Shown in pieces: positions 26,833-37,600 of a stretch of DNA of 64,000 nucleotides. The notes beneath the pieces were generated by a model, which was given only the letters and a program-made list of their open reading frames with translations, was not told the origin of the DNA and searched no databases. Positions within the stretch are counted from its first letter, which is position 1, and every line of letters starts with the position of its first letter. A program made the translations under genes and the position numbers. The stretch is from NCBI GenBank assembly GCA_964548075.1, contig CAZJQQ010000004.1:115872-179871 (forward strand), given 5' to 3'. The DNA comes from an uncultured Clostridia bacterium (GTDB lineage Bacteria; Acidobacteriota; Blastocatellia; UBA7656).

Positions 26833-27672
26833 CCTGGGAGCGCAGGCATCCCTGCCTGCCTGACATTCGCGCGAGAAGCAACTTGGACTGAGAATTGCGC
26901 TCAATGGAAAGCGGCAGGCAGGGATGCCTGCGCTCCCAGGGCTCCCAGGTTATGCCTGACGATTGGCAAAAGCGCCCCCGCCTGCCGAAGAGCAATGCGC
27001 ACCCGACTGGGGTGCCGCAATGGTATTCGAGGGGCTACGTGCCGCATTTCGAGATGCCGGGCCTGACCCAGACGATGACCTTTCGCCTGATCGATTCCAT
27101 GCCGCAATCGGTGCTCGAACTCTGGCGCGAAGAACTCCGCCGCCTCCCGGAAAAGGAATCTGACCTCGAACGCCGCAAACGCATTGATGCTTATCTTGAT
27201 CAAGGACACGGCAGTTGCTATTTGAAAGACGAGCGGCTGGCGGGAATCGTCCAGAATGCGCTGCTTTATTACGACGGCCAACGATACTTACTGCACGCCT
27301 GGGTCGTCATGCCTAATCACGTTCACACTCTGTTTACTCCGGAAGCAGGCTGGACGTTGAGCAAGATCGCGCATTCGTGGAAATCCTACACCGCCAATGA
27401 ATGTAACCGGGTGCTGATGCGAAAAGGCGAGTTCTGGCAGCGGGAACCGTTTGATCGGTACATTCGCAATGAACAGCATTACGAGAACGTCGTGAGGTAC
27501 ATTGAACACAATCCGGTTAAGGCCGGATTGTGTGATAGACCTGAAGACTGGCGCTGGAGTAGTGCCTACCTGGGAGCGCAGGCATCCTTGCCTGCAGACC
27601 CTGCGGAAGGTCCTTCATAAACGAAAGAGGCGAGCTGCGAAAGCAAGCAGGCAGGATGCCTGCGCTCCCAGG
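26833..27672. mobile_element. REP-RAYT-REP unit (REP-associated tyrosine transposase flanked by inverted REP pairs)
   Basis: REP pairs at 26833..26949 and 27569..27672 flank the RAYT CDS. Identical REPs are dispersed at 22057 and 25203. Confidence 0.75.
26952..27620 (+). CDS. REP-associated tyrosine transposase (RAYT, IS200/IS605 HuH family)
   Basis: HuH motif YLLHAWVVMPNHVHTLF. Catalytic Tyr region RYIEHNPVKAGL ... WRWSS. Start ATG at 26952 immediately after the REP. The longer ORF from 26895 merely translates the REP. Confidence 0.8.
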   Translation: MPDDWQKRPRLPKSNAHPTGVPQWYSRGYVPHFEMPGLTQTMTFRLIDSMPQSVLELWREELRRLPEKESDLERRKRIDAYLDQGHGSCYLKDERLAGIVQNALLYYDGQRYLLHAWVVMPNHVHTLFTPEAGWTLSKIAHSWKSYTANECNRVLMRKGEFWQREPFDRYIRNEQHYENVVRYIEHNPVKAGLCDRPEDWRWSSAYLGAQASLPADPAEGPS

Positions 27673-27674
27673 TT

Positions 27675-28463
27675 ATGCCCGAACTTCCTGAAGTAGAAAC
27701 CCGGCTGCTCTATTTCCGGCGCACGGTCCTCGGCCAATGCGTCGAGCGCGTGATAATCACCGCTCCAAACATGATCAAGAGTCCCACCGCTCGAGCGTTC
27801 GCACGTGGGTTGCGAGGGCGGTGCTTCGTCGAAGCCTTCAGGCGCGGGAAGTATCTGATCGTTGCGCTCGACGATGGCCGCGCGCTGATTTTGCACTTCG
27901 GGATGGGCGGCGACCTCTGCTACTACGAACGCCCGAAGGAGCGTCCCGATTACACTCGCATCGAGTTCATTTTCAGGAATGGCTGGAGGCTTGCCTTCAC
28001 TTGCCCGCGGAAGATTTGCCGAGTGATGCTGGTGGATGACGCCACACAGGTTCCCGCTCTTCGAGAGATGGGCCCAGAGCCACTTGGCTCCGCGTTCAGC
28101 TTTGCTTTCCTCGAGCGATTGATCGGGGAGCGGCCGCGGCGTCAGATCAAGCCGCTGCTGATGGATCAGAAGATGATTGCCGGAGTGGGCAACATCTACG
28201 CCGACGAGATTCTCTTTGAAGCGCGAGTGCGGCCCGATCGCCCCGCGTCAAGCTTGACCGAAGAAGAGATCAAGCGCATTCACCGGGAGACGCGCCGCGT
28301 GCTGAGACGCGCGATGCGAACGGCGGGCGACGAAGAGTTCCCGTCGGACTTCCTGGTTTCACGGGACGCGCGCGGAGCCGTATGCAAAACCTGCGGTCAG
28401 CCGATAGAGAAGAAATCGATCGGCGGCCGCACCGCGAATTTCTGCTCGCACTGTCAGGTGTGA
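27675..28463 (+). CDS. mutM: Formamidopyrimidine-DNA glycosylase
   Basis: N-terminus MPELPEVE. H2TH region GVGNIYADEILF. C-terminal zinc finger CKTCGQPI...FCSHCQ. Confidence 0.9.
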   Translation: MPELPEVETRLLYFRRTVLGQCVERVIITAPNMIKSPTARAFARGLRGRCFVEAFRRGKYLIVALDDGRALILHFGMGGDLCYYERPKERPDYTRIEFIFRNGWRLAFTCPRKICRVMLVDDATQVPALREMGPEPLGSAFSFAFLERLIGERPRRQIKPLLMDQKMIAGVGNIYADEILFEARVRPDRPASSLTEEEIKRIHRETRRVLRRAMRTAGDEEFPSDFLVSRDARGAVCKTCGQPIEKKSIGGRTANFCSHCQV

Positions 28464-28683
28464 GCAACGAACTCGGTTTACTAAACCAACACCAGCTTCT
28501 TAGCGTTCTTTGCGTCTTGGCGGCTTTGCGCGAAAAAGTTTCTCGCGAACGGGTTTCTTGCGGAGGCGGCATTCCTGAGTTCTCACACCCGATTCGCAGA
28601 CTGGTTGCGAGCCGAGGGCGCATTGTGGTTCCGTAAATACCTCAAGTCTCCCAACACACTCGTTTGAACGGAGCAACGCTGAT

Positions 28684-29265
28684 ATGGACCCAAACATCTG
28701 GAGCCACCTGCTTCACCCTGACCTGTCGATACTCGAGAAGATAATCCGTCCGGTGATCGTCTACCTGTTTCTGGTAGTCGGTCTGAGGCTTGCCGGTAAA
28801 CGCGAACTCGCTCAACTGAACCCGTTTGATTTGATCGTGCTGCTGACGTTGTCCAACACTGTGCAGAACGCGATCATCGGCAACGACAACTCGGTAACTG
28901 GCGGGCTGATCGGCGCTACGACGCTGCTGGTCGTGAACTACATCGTTGTGCGATTTCTTTTCAAACACCGGAAGATTGATCGGCTTGTCGAGGGCGATTC
29001 CGACGTGTTGATCGAAGGAGGACAGATCAAACACAACCGGCTGAAAAAGGAGCTGATAACCTTGTCCGAACTTGAGTCGGCCGCGCACAAGCAAGGTTTT
29101 GGTTCGCTCGACGAAATCGACCAAGCGCAGATCGAACCTGGTGGAACATTCTCGTTCATCGGAAGGAAGCCCGCGCCCGAAGCCGAGCGCCACAGCGAGG
29201 TGCTCGCGCGTCTTGATCGGATAACGGGTGAGCTGGCAGAATTGCGCGCGGCGGTGCAGCGATGA
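28684..29265 (+). CDS. DUF421 (YetF-like) membrane protein
   Basis: ...RELAQLNPFDLIVLLTLSNTVQNAIIG..., two N-terminal TM segments, then a soluble C-domain. This is the typical DUF421 pattern. Confidence 0.7.
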   Translation: MDPNIWSHLLHPDLSILEKIIRPVIVYLFLVVGLRLAGKRELAQLNPFDLIVLLTLSNTVQNAIIGNDNSVTGGLIGATTLLVVNYIVVRFLFKHRKIDRLVEGDSDVLIEGGQIKHNRLKKELITLSELESAAHKQGFGSLDEIDQAQIEPGGTFSFIGRKPAPEAERHSEVLARLDRITGELAELRAAVQR

Positions 29266-29398
29266 ACCAAAGAGCAAAGAGGTAAGAGGTAAGGGGTAAG
29301 GGCGGCTTACGCTCATTGCTCTTTGCCCTTTGCCCTTTGCCCTTTGCCCTTTGCCCTTTGCCCTTTGCCCTTCGCTCTTTGCCCTTCGCTGCTACAGC
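29266..29398. repeat. Simple-repeat hairpin (GGTAAGG/GCAAAGG units versus CCCTTTG units) between convergent genes
   Basis: aaagagcaaagaggtaagaggtaaggggtaaggg ... ctctttg(ccctttg)n. My base count in this repeat disagrees with the ORF track by about 7 nt, so coordinates are approximate. Confidence 0.7.
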
Positions 29399-31203
29399 GC
29401 AAGCTTGCCTACGCTTCCCTTACCGACGCGCGGGCCGCGATTGTCACGGGCCGGCGCGTGATCCATATTCGCCGTCCGCATTCCAATCTCGTATGCGTAT
29501 TGCCCGATGCGCGCCATCTTCTCGTAGTTGATCTTCTCCGCACTGTCGGTGTTCGCGTGATAGTCGGGATGCAGGCCCGTCGTTAGGAAAACGATTGGCA
29601 CGCCCTTCAAGGCGTAGCTGTAGTGATCGCTCCGATAGTAAATCTGTTCGAGGTCCGTCGGATCGTTCATCTCATAATCGAGTTTCAACGGCTTCACGAG
29701 CGGGCCGTTCGCATCAACGGTGATGTTATGAAACTCGGTGCTTATGCGGTCCGACCCGACGATGTACACCGTGTTAGCTTCTTCAGCTTTGTTGTCGCGG
29801 TTGCGCCCGACCATGTCCATGTTGACCTGCGCGACGATCTTATCCATCGGCACCGTCGGATAGTCCGCGAAGAAGCGCGAGCCCCACAGTCCTTTTTCTT
29901 CGCCCGAGTGCCAAACGAAAACGAGCGACCGCCGAGGCTTCGGCCCCGTCGCGAACGCCTTCGCCATACCCATGATCGTCACTGTTCCCGAGCCGTCATC
30001 GTCGGCGCCGTTCCAGACTCGATCGTCGATTGCGCCTGCGGTCACTCGGCCGCGCGCGCCGCTGCGCAACGGTCCGCTTGCGCCTTGAGTGACTTCGCCT
30101 TCCGCGTAGCCGACGTGATCGTAGTGCGCTCCAAACGCAACATACGTGTCTTTGAGTTTTGGATCCGAGCCTTCGATTATGCCAACGACGTTGTGGGTGT
30201 ATTGGGTTCGCACGACCTGATACTTCGCATCGATGTTGAAAGTTATCCGAACATTCTTAAGCGTGAACCCCGGGAGCGGTTCACCTTTTGAAGCTTTGTC
30301 TTTCAACTCCGCGTATTTCACCTCGCTGCCGCTGAAGAGGAATTCGAAGAAGTAATCCTGGCCGGTGGCCGCCGGTGGAACTGCCGCGTCCAGCCTCTGG
30401 ACCGTTGTGAAGTCCGAACCGTCCGCCTGACCTCCGCCAAACTGACCGCCCGCAGGAGGGCCGCCCTGTCCTTGACCCTGGCCGCCTTGTCCCTGAGCAC
30501 CTTGCGCTTGGGCACCTTGTCCCTGAGCACCTTGTCCTTGACCGCCCTGTCCCTGAGCACCTTGCCCGCCGCCTCGTCGAAAGCCGCCCCCAACGCCTAT
30601 GCTTGCTACGGCGCCTTCTTGCTCAGTCGCGTAACGCGAACGGCCACCCAGTGCGCGGCGATACTGCGCTCCCTCCATACCCTTGGGCGGCGTGTTTCCG
30701 AGAAACACCACCGTCTTGCCTTTCACCTTCTTACCTTCGTAGTCGTTGTGCTTGGCAAGGGGCGCGTTCAGGCCGTATCCCACGAACTCGATCTGGTCGG
30801 ACGTGAGCGTTTGCTTGCCGCCGACATTAGAAGGAAAGCTGATTCCTTCTCGGTTCTTGAACGTGCGAGTCTGGCCGCCCGCTTCGGCGGTAATCGTTGA
30901 GTTGTTTTCGCTCTTGACGCCGAGCACTCCAACTCTCTGGAAGTAAGACCCGTTCGGGCCGCCCGGCTTGACACCCCACGACCGAAGGCGCTCGGCTATG
31001 TATCCGGCGGCGAGCCCGAGTCCTTCGGTGTAGGTGTTTCGACCCTCGAGCTCATCGGAGGCCAGGTAAGCCAACCACTCTTTCAGGTCTTCCTGGGTAA
31101 TCGCATCCCGGCCGTTGCCCTTTGCCGAGGCGGTCGAGAACGTGAAAGCGGCCACCAGAGCCAGTTGTGTGACGATGGCGGTGATTCTGCGAAAAGATGA
31201 CAT
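29392..31203 (-). CDS. M28 family zinc peptidase with PA domain and a (GQGAQ)n low-complexity insert
   Basis: Signal peptide. M28 metal ligands AFGAHYDHVGY, WNGADDDGSGT, HSGEEKGLWGS, NMDMVG, RSDHY. The insert GGQGAQGQGGQGQGAQGQGAQAQGAQGQGGQGQGQGG is encoded by a 15-nt simple repeat. Confidence 0.85.
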   Translation of the reverse strand: MSSFRRITAIVTQLALVAAFTFSTASAKGNGRDAITQEDLKEWLAYLASDELEGRNTYTEGLGLAAGYIAERLRSWGVKPGGPNGSYFQRVGVLGVKSENNSTITAEAGGQTRTFKNREGISFPSNVGGKQTLTSDQIEFVGYGLNAPLAKHNDYEGKKVKGKTVVFLGNTPPKGMEGAQYRRALGGRSRYATEQEGAVASIGVGGGFRRGGGQGAQGQGGQGQGAQGQGAQAQGAQGQGGQGQGQGGPPAGGQFGGGQADGSDFTTVQRLDAAVPPAATGQDYFFEFLFSGSEVKYAELKDKASKGEPLPGFTLKNVRITFNIDAKYQVVRTQYTHNVVGIIEGSDPKLKDTYVAFGAHYDHVGYAEGEVTQGASGPLRSGARGRVTAGAIDDRVWNGADDDGSGTVTIMGMAKAFATGPKPRRSLVFVWHSGEEKGLWGSRFFADYPTVPMDKIVAQVNMDMVGRNRDNKAEEANTVYIVGSDRISTEFHNITVDANGPLVKPLKLDYEMNDPTDLEQIYYRSDHYSYALKGVPIVFLTTGLHPDYHANTDSAEKINYEKMARIGQYAYEIGMRTANMDHAPARDNRGPRVGKGSVGKLAL

Positions 31204-31216
31204 GTTTTGCTCCTCT

Positions 31217-31323
31217 GAAGAAAGTTCGTAGTTCGGCCTTCAGGCGGAAGTTCGTAGCCCCCTTTTTAACGTGAACGTTCAGTTACGAACTTCCGCCTGA
31301 AGGCCGAACTACGAACTCTTCTT
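31217..31323. repeat. Long perfect palindrome (34-bp stem agttcgtagttcggccttcaggcggaagttcgta) in the 5' leader of the M28 peptidase gene
   Basis: Arms 31222..31255 and about 31286..31319. On the minus-strand mRNA the hairpin ends 4 nt before the SD GAGGAG. Confidence 0.75.
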
Positions 31324-31510
31324 TGCCGCAGACCCGGCAGTCCGCGGCACAAGTACTTCGCTAGACAGTTCAATACGCGCGATCGCTTCCAAAGGATACA
31401 AAGAAATAACGCAACGAGGACGCGCCTTCCGGGTTCAATCTCATGTCCGATTCGTGATCTAATACACTTGGACAGAACGCGCCGCTGCTCTATTAACCTT
31501 CAACCCAGGC

Positions 31511-31591
31511 GGGGTTCAGAGTTCAAGCTTCAGCTTGCGTGATTCGATCGGGTAAAGCCTGGAAGCAAGCTGAAGCTTGAACTCTGAACCC
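31511..31591. repeat. Palindromic element family P2 (copy 2): 27-bp perfect arms ggttcagagttcaagcttcagcttgc
   Basis: Arms 31511..31538 and 31565..31591. Ends 4 nt before the GAGGAG SD of the A2M gene. Confidence 0.8.
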
Positions 31592-31608
31592 ACGCGAGGA
31601 GCACTTGT

Positions 31609-34600
31609 ATGTCACCGCGTTTCAGAATCGCATTGTGCACCCTGTTAGCCTTGCTTCAGTCTCTCGGACTCTTTACTGCGCAAATCGCAACAGGTCAGAC
31701 AAGACGGGTCTCAACGGCGCGCGCGCAGGGAGGCGATGTGAAAACCGGATTGCAGCTCCGATTGAGTGAGGGAACCGCCGTCGTCCTTAATCAGCCGGTC
31801 GCTTCGACTGCGCCCGCTGCGCGGCTTTCCGAGGACGACGCGCAAAATGTTTTGAAGCGGCTTCAGCCTCTTAAAGCAGAGCTGAGCGACGAACAGGACA
31901 TTGCGTTGCGCGATCGCTCGCTGCCTCCGCCGCGCGCGGGTAAGACCATCACCGATTCGTTCCCGCCTGCGGCAAAACTCGATGCGCCGGATAAGCTAGC
32001 AATGGGTCCGCTCGAGGTGCTGCGCTATTCGCCGGAAGGCGACGTGCCGCTGGTTCCTCAACTCAGCGTGACTTTCTCTCAGCCAATGGTGGCGGTCACT
32101 TCGCATCAAGACACGCTCGCCGCAGGAGTGCCGGTCAAGCTCACGCCGCAGCCTCCGGGACACTGGCGATGGGTAGGCACGAAGACCCTGCTGTTTGAAA
32201 CCGAAGGCCATTTCCCAATGGCGACCGAGTACACGGCGGAAATCCCCGCCGGCGTGAAATCGGCCACGGGAGCCATTCTCGCGGCGACGAAGAGTTGGAA
32301 GTTCACGACCCCGCCGCCCGTGGTGAAGTCGTCGTATCCAAATGACGGCCCAACCGTGCGTGACCCGCTGATGTTCGTCGAGTTCGATCAAAGGGTGAGT
32401 CCTGCTTCCGTGGTTGGGACGATTCGCGTGCGATCAGGCAATCGCGAATGGAAAACACGTCTCGCCACGAGCGCGGAAGTCGCCGCCGACGATGCCGTGA
32501 GCAAGCTCGCCGCTCGGGCTACCAAAGATCGCTGGCTCGCGTTCCGCGTTGTCGATCCCGCTAACGAAACGTCGCGAGCGCCGCTGCCTGCCGGCTCATC
32601 CATCAACGTGTCGATCGGGCCGGGCACACCGTCGCTTGAAGGCCCGCGACGAACGGCGGCGCCGCAGAGTTTTGCTTTTCGCACGTACGGACCTTTGCAC
32701 GTGACGCAGCATCGGTGTGGCTATCGTGAACAGTGCTCCCCGTTTGACCAGTGGACCGTCCAGTTCACAAATCCGATTGACGCCTCGGCATTTGAGCAGT
32801 CTCAAGTGCGAGTCGAAGAGATCAGCGCCGCCGGTAAGAAGCCGCAAACCGTCAGCCTCAAGAGCGCGATCTACGGCAACACGCTCAGCATCAGCGGAAT
32901 CAAGCCGGGCCGCACGAGTTATCGAGTGACGCTCGATCCGGCGATGCGCGACCAGTTCGGACAAGCGCTCGGCGAAACCACACCGATCGTCTTCAACGTA
33001 GGTTCGGCGCCGGCCGCTCTCGCGGGACCGGACAAGCAGTTCGTCGTCCTGGACCCCGCGGCACCACCGCGATTCTCGGTCTACAGCATCAATCACAACA
33101 GTCTGAGAGTGCGCCTCTACTCGGTAGGCCCCGAGCATTGGAGCCAGTTCCTCGCGTACATGCGCAACCGCGACGACCGAACACCGCGAACGCCACCGGG
33201 CCGGCTGGCTCTTTCAAAAGACGTTAACGTCGCCGCCAAACCCGATGAGATGGCTGAGACTCGCATTGATCTCACCCCCGTGCTCGACGCAGGCGTCGGG
33301 CAGGTATTCGTCGTCGTCGAGCCGGCTGTTCCAACCGCCAGGCGTTATCGCGATTCGGTCGCCGTGTGGGCGCAGGTCACTCAGATCGGCCTCGATGCCT
33401 TCGTTGATAGCTCGGAGTTGATAGGCTGGGCCACGTCGCTCAAAGATGGCGGGCCGATAGACGGCGCGCGACTGTCGATCGAAGTAGCGCACGCTGCCAG
33501 CTTGCGAACTGACGCTGCGGCTACAACACGCACCGACGGCACCGCCAACCTGGCTCTGAAAGACACCGCCAGTGAAGGCGCGCGCATTCTCGTCGCTCGC
33601 AAGGGCCGCGACGTAGCAATTCTTCCCGAGACCGCCTACTGGAACGATCGCAGCGGCTGGGTCAGGAGAGATCGGGGCGATTCGCTGCGGTGGTTTGTCT
33701 TCGACGATCGCAAGATGTATCGCCCCGGCGAAGAAGTTCACGTCAAGGGATGGATTCGCCGCGTGGGCGACGCTAAAGGCGGCGACGTGAATCCGCTCGA
33801 CGCCGGCGCGGCCAAAGTCGAATACGTCGTAAAAGACTCGCGCGGCAACGACGTCCTGAAAGGCGAAGCAAGAATCAACGCTCTCGGCGGATTCGACACC
33901 GCGTTCAAGCTGCCGGCAACGATGAACCTCGGCTACGCCCAGTTGCACCTTGAAGCGTTCGCCAACTTGCCCTCCTCAAACCGCGAGTATTCGCACCGGT
34001 TTCAAGTTCAGGAATTTCGCCGACCCGAGTTCGAAGTCACCTCGCAAGCCTCTGAAGGCCCACACTTCGTCGGCAGCAGCGCAACTACGACGGTAAACGC
34101 CGCTTACTACGCGGGCGGCGGACTCAGCAATGCCGAGGTGACCTGGCGAGTGACCACATCCACGGCTCGCTTCACGCCACCCAATCGCGATGATTTCACT
34201 TTCGGAAAGTGGATTCCGTGGTGGATCGATCGAAGCTCTTACACAGAGAGAAAAGTCGAAACGTTCAACGGCCGAACCGACGCGGCGGGCAAGCACACAC
34301 TGCGCATGGATTTCACTTCGGTTGATCCGCCTCAGCCATCAACGGTCACTGCCGAAGCCAGCGTGACGGATGTGAACCGTCAGGCTTGGACTGCATCGGC
34401 GAATCTGCTCGTCCATCCGGCGGATCTCTACGTCGGCATGCGCAGTCCTCGCACGTTCGTGCAAAAAGGCGAGCCGCTCATCGTGCAGTCGATCGTCGCC
34501 GATCTCGATGGAAAACTGATCGCCGGACGAGAGATAAAGATCCGAGCCGTTTTGATGGATTGGGTCTTTGAAAAAGGCGAGTGGAAGCAGCAAGAGACTA

Positions 34601-37600
34601 ACCCGCAGGAATGCACGGTGAGGTCGGCTGCCGATCCGGTTCAATGCCGCTTCGAAACTAAAGAAGGCGGGCAGTATCGTGTGACCGCGACGATACAGGA
34701 CGACCGCGAACGCAAGAACGAAAGCGAGCTGACGCTGTGGGTCGCCGGCGGAAAGGTCGTACCGAAGCGAGACATCGAGCAGGAAGACGCTCAGATGATT
34801 CCCGATCGCAAGGAATACCGAGCGGGTGACACAGCAGAGATCCTTGTGCAAGCGCCGTTCTATCCGGCGGAAGGGGTGTTGACGCTGCGGCGTTCAGGCA
34901 TCGTGAGCACCGAGCGATTTGCGATGGACGGCCCGTCGCACACGTTGCGCATTCCGATCGAGGAAGGCTACACGCCGAACCTTCACGTGCAGGTTGATCT
35001 CGTGGGCGCGGCAATGCGCACCGACAACGAGGGCAAGCCTGCCGAGAAACTGCCTAAGCGTCCCGCGTTCGCAAAGGGAGAATTGAATCTGCAGATACCG
35101 CCGCTTGCGCGAGAGCTTGCGGTCGAGGCGAAGCCTCGCGACAAGACTCTCGAGCCGGGCGGCGAGACGACGGTTGACGTTGAAGTGCGAGACGCAGCAG
35201 GCAAGCCCGTCGCCGGAAGCGAGCTCGCGGTTGTTGTCGTTGATGAAGCGGTGCTTGCCTTGACCGGCTATCGCATCGGCGATCCGATCTCGACGTTCTA
35301 CGCTCAGCGCCGCCCCGAGGTGACCGATCACCATTCACGCGATGATGTTCTGCTTGCGGCCCCCGAAGACCTAGCGGAGAAGCTGCAACGGACGGGTTTC
35401 AACACGGGCGGCGGGGAGCCAAGGCTTGGTGGTGACGCCGCGGCACCTATGAGGGCGATGGCACCGCCAAAAAACGGGCGAGAGTTCCAAAAGGCTGAGC
35501 TTTTAGCGGAGTTGCAGCAAGACCAAATTCGTATGCGCCAAAACTTCGACGCGCTTGCAACATTCGCGCCTGTCGTGCCGACCGATGCTAACGGGCGCGC
35601 GAGCGTCAAAGTAAAACTCCCCGACAGTCTGACTCGCTATCGAGTGATGGCTATCGCGGTCGCCGGCGGCAAGCAGTTCGGCGCGAATGAATCAAACATA
35701 ACCGCCCGCCTCCCGTTGATGGTGCGTCCCTCCGCGCCGCGATTCCTTAACTTCGGCGACACTTTCGAGCTGCCCATCGTCGTGCAAAACCAAACGGACT
35801 CGCCGATGGATGTCGATGTCGCAGTCCGAGCCGGCAACGCCGAACTGACAGCAGGCGCCGGCCGCCGCGTGACTGTCCCGGCCAACGATCGAGTCGAAGT
35901 GCGTTTTCCAGTCTCAGCCTCGCGAGCGGGGTCTGCGCGGTTTCAAATCGCGGGCGTGTCGGGCAAGTGGGCCGACGCCGCCGAAATCGAATTGCCCGTG
36001 TGGACTCCGGCGACGACCGAAGCGTTTGCGACTTACGGCGAGATCGACGAAGGCGCGATCGCGCAACCGGTCAAAGCGCCGAGCGATGCGATCAGACAAT
36101 TCGGCGGACTCGAAATCTCGACATCATCAACCGAGCTTCAAGCACTGACCGACGGCGTGATCTATCTCGTAGCTTATCCGTTCGAGTGCTCGGAGCAACT
36201 GTCATCGAGAGTGCTGGCCGTCGCAGCGTTGAAAGACGTGCTTGCGGCTTTCAAGGCAAAGGGGCTGCCTGAGCCGAAAGAGATGATCGAGGCCGTCGCC
36301 CGGGACATCAAGCGGTTGGAGTCGCGTCAAAGCGACGACGGCGGCTTTGGGTTCTGGCGGCGAGGCGATCAGGCGTGGCCTTACGTGAGTATCCATGTGG
36401 CCCACGCGCTTCAGCGAGCGAAGGATAAAGGCTTCGAGGTTCCGGCTTCGATGCTCGACCGCTCAAAGAAGTACCTGCGCGAGATCGAGCGGCACATACC
36501 CAATCATTACGGTCCGTATGCCCGCCGCGCGCTTGTCGCCTATTCGCTCTACGTGCGAAACCTGATGGGCGACAAGGACTCAGCGAAGGCTCGGCGTTTG
36601 ATTGCCGAAGCGGGGCTCGAAGGCGTGTCGCTTGAAGCAATCGGCTGGCTGCTGTCGGTGCTGTCGGGCGATCCGGCTTCGCAGACTGACCTTGCCGCCA
36701 TCCGCAAACATCTTAACAACCGAGCCACGGAAGAGGCTGCCACAGCCCATTTCGTGACTTCGTACAAAGACGACGATTATCTGCTGATGCACTCGGATCG
36801 CCGCGCCGATGGGGTCATCCTCGAAGCTTTGATCAAAGACCAGCCGGCCAGCGACTTGATTCCCAAGGTCGTGCGCGGCCTGCTCGCGCATCGCAAACAA
36901 GGCAGATGGGAGAACACGCAGGAGAACGCTTTCGTGCTGCTCGCGCTTGATAAGTACTTTTCGACTTATGAAAAGGTCACACCGGACTTCGTCGCGCGCG
37001 CGTGGCTCGGGGAAGCTTACGCGGGCGGACACGAGTTCCGCGGGCGCACGACCGAGCGTCACAACGTAAATGTCCCGATGCGGGCGCTTGCTGAAACTGC
37101 GGCGTCGCAGAATCTAATCCTGAGCAAGGAGGGCCCGGGCCGGTTGTACTATCGCGTTGGTATGCAATACGCACCCGCGAGCCTCAAGCTCGATCCTTCA
37201 GAGCACGGCTTCACAGTCGAGCGCGTGTACGAAGCAGTTGACAAGGCTGACGACGTGCGTCGCGACCCGGACGGAAGCTGGCACATCAAAGCCGGCGCGC
37301 GTGTGCGAGTGAAGCTGACTATGCTCGTCGCGACGCGCCGATATCACGTCGCGCTGGTTGATCCGATACCGGCGGGGCTTGAAGCGTTGAACCCGGCGCT
37401 CGCGGTCACGGGCAGCGTCCCGCAAGACCCGAACGACAAGACGACTGATCGCTGGTGGTGGTGGCGACGGCCATGGTTCGAGCACCAGAACATGCGTGAC
37501 GAACGCGTCGAAGCGTTTGCGTCTTTGGTGTGGGAAGGCGTTCACACCTACTCCTACGTAGCTCGCGCGACGACTCCGGGAGTGTTCGTCGTCCCGCCAA

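Noticed and set aside
26895-26951. Longer RAYT ORF starting at 26895, and the C-terminal residues read from REP4
   Set aside because: The first 19 codons are a translation of the REP palindrome (MRSMESGRQGCLRSQGSQV). An ATG at 26952 directly after the REP fits RAYT N-termini.
28642-29316. Minus-strand 224-aa ORF overlapping the DUF421 gene, and 24586..25437 overlapping rplI
   Set aside because: These are antisense to confidently assigned genes (DUF421, L9) and have no family features.
29316-29586. Plus-strand ORFs 29316..29531 and 29323..29586 (MLFALCPLPFALCP...)
   Set aside because: They are translations of the (CCCTTTG)n hairpin arm continuing antisense into the M28 peptidase gene.
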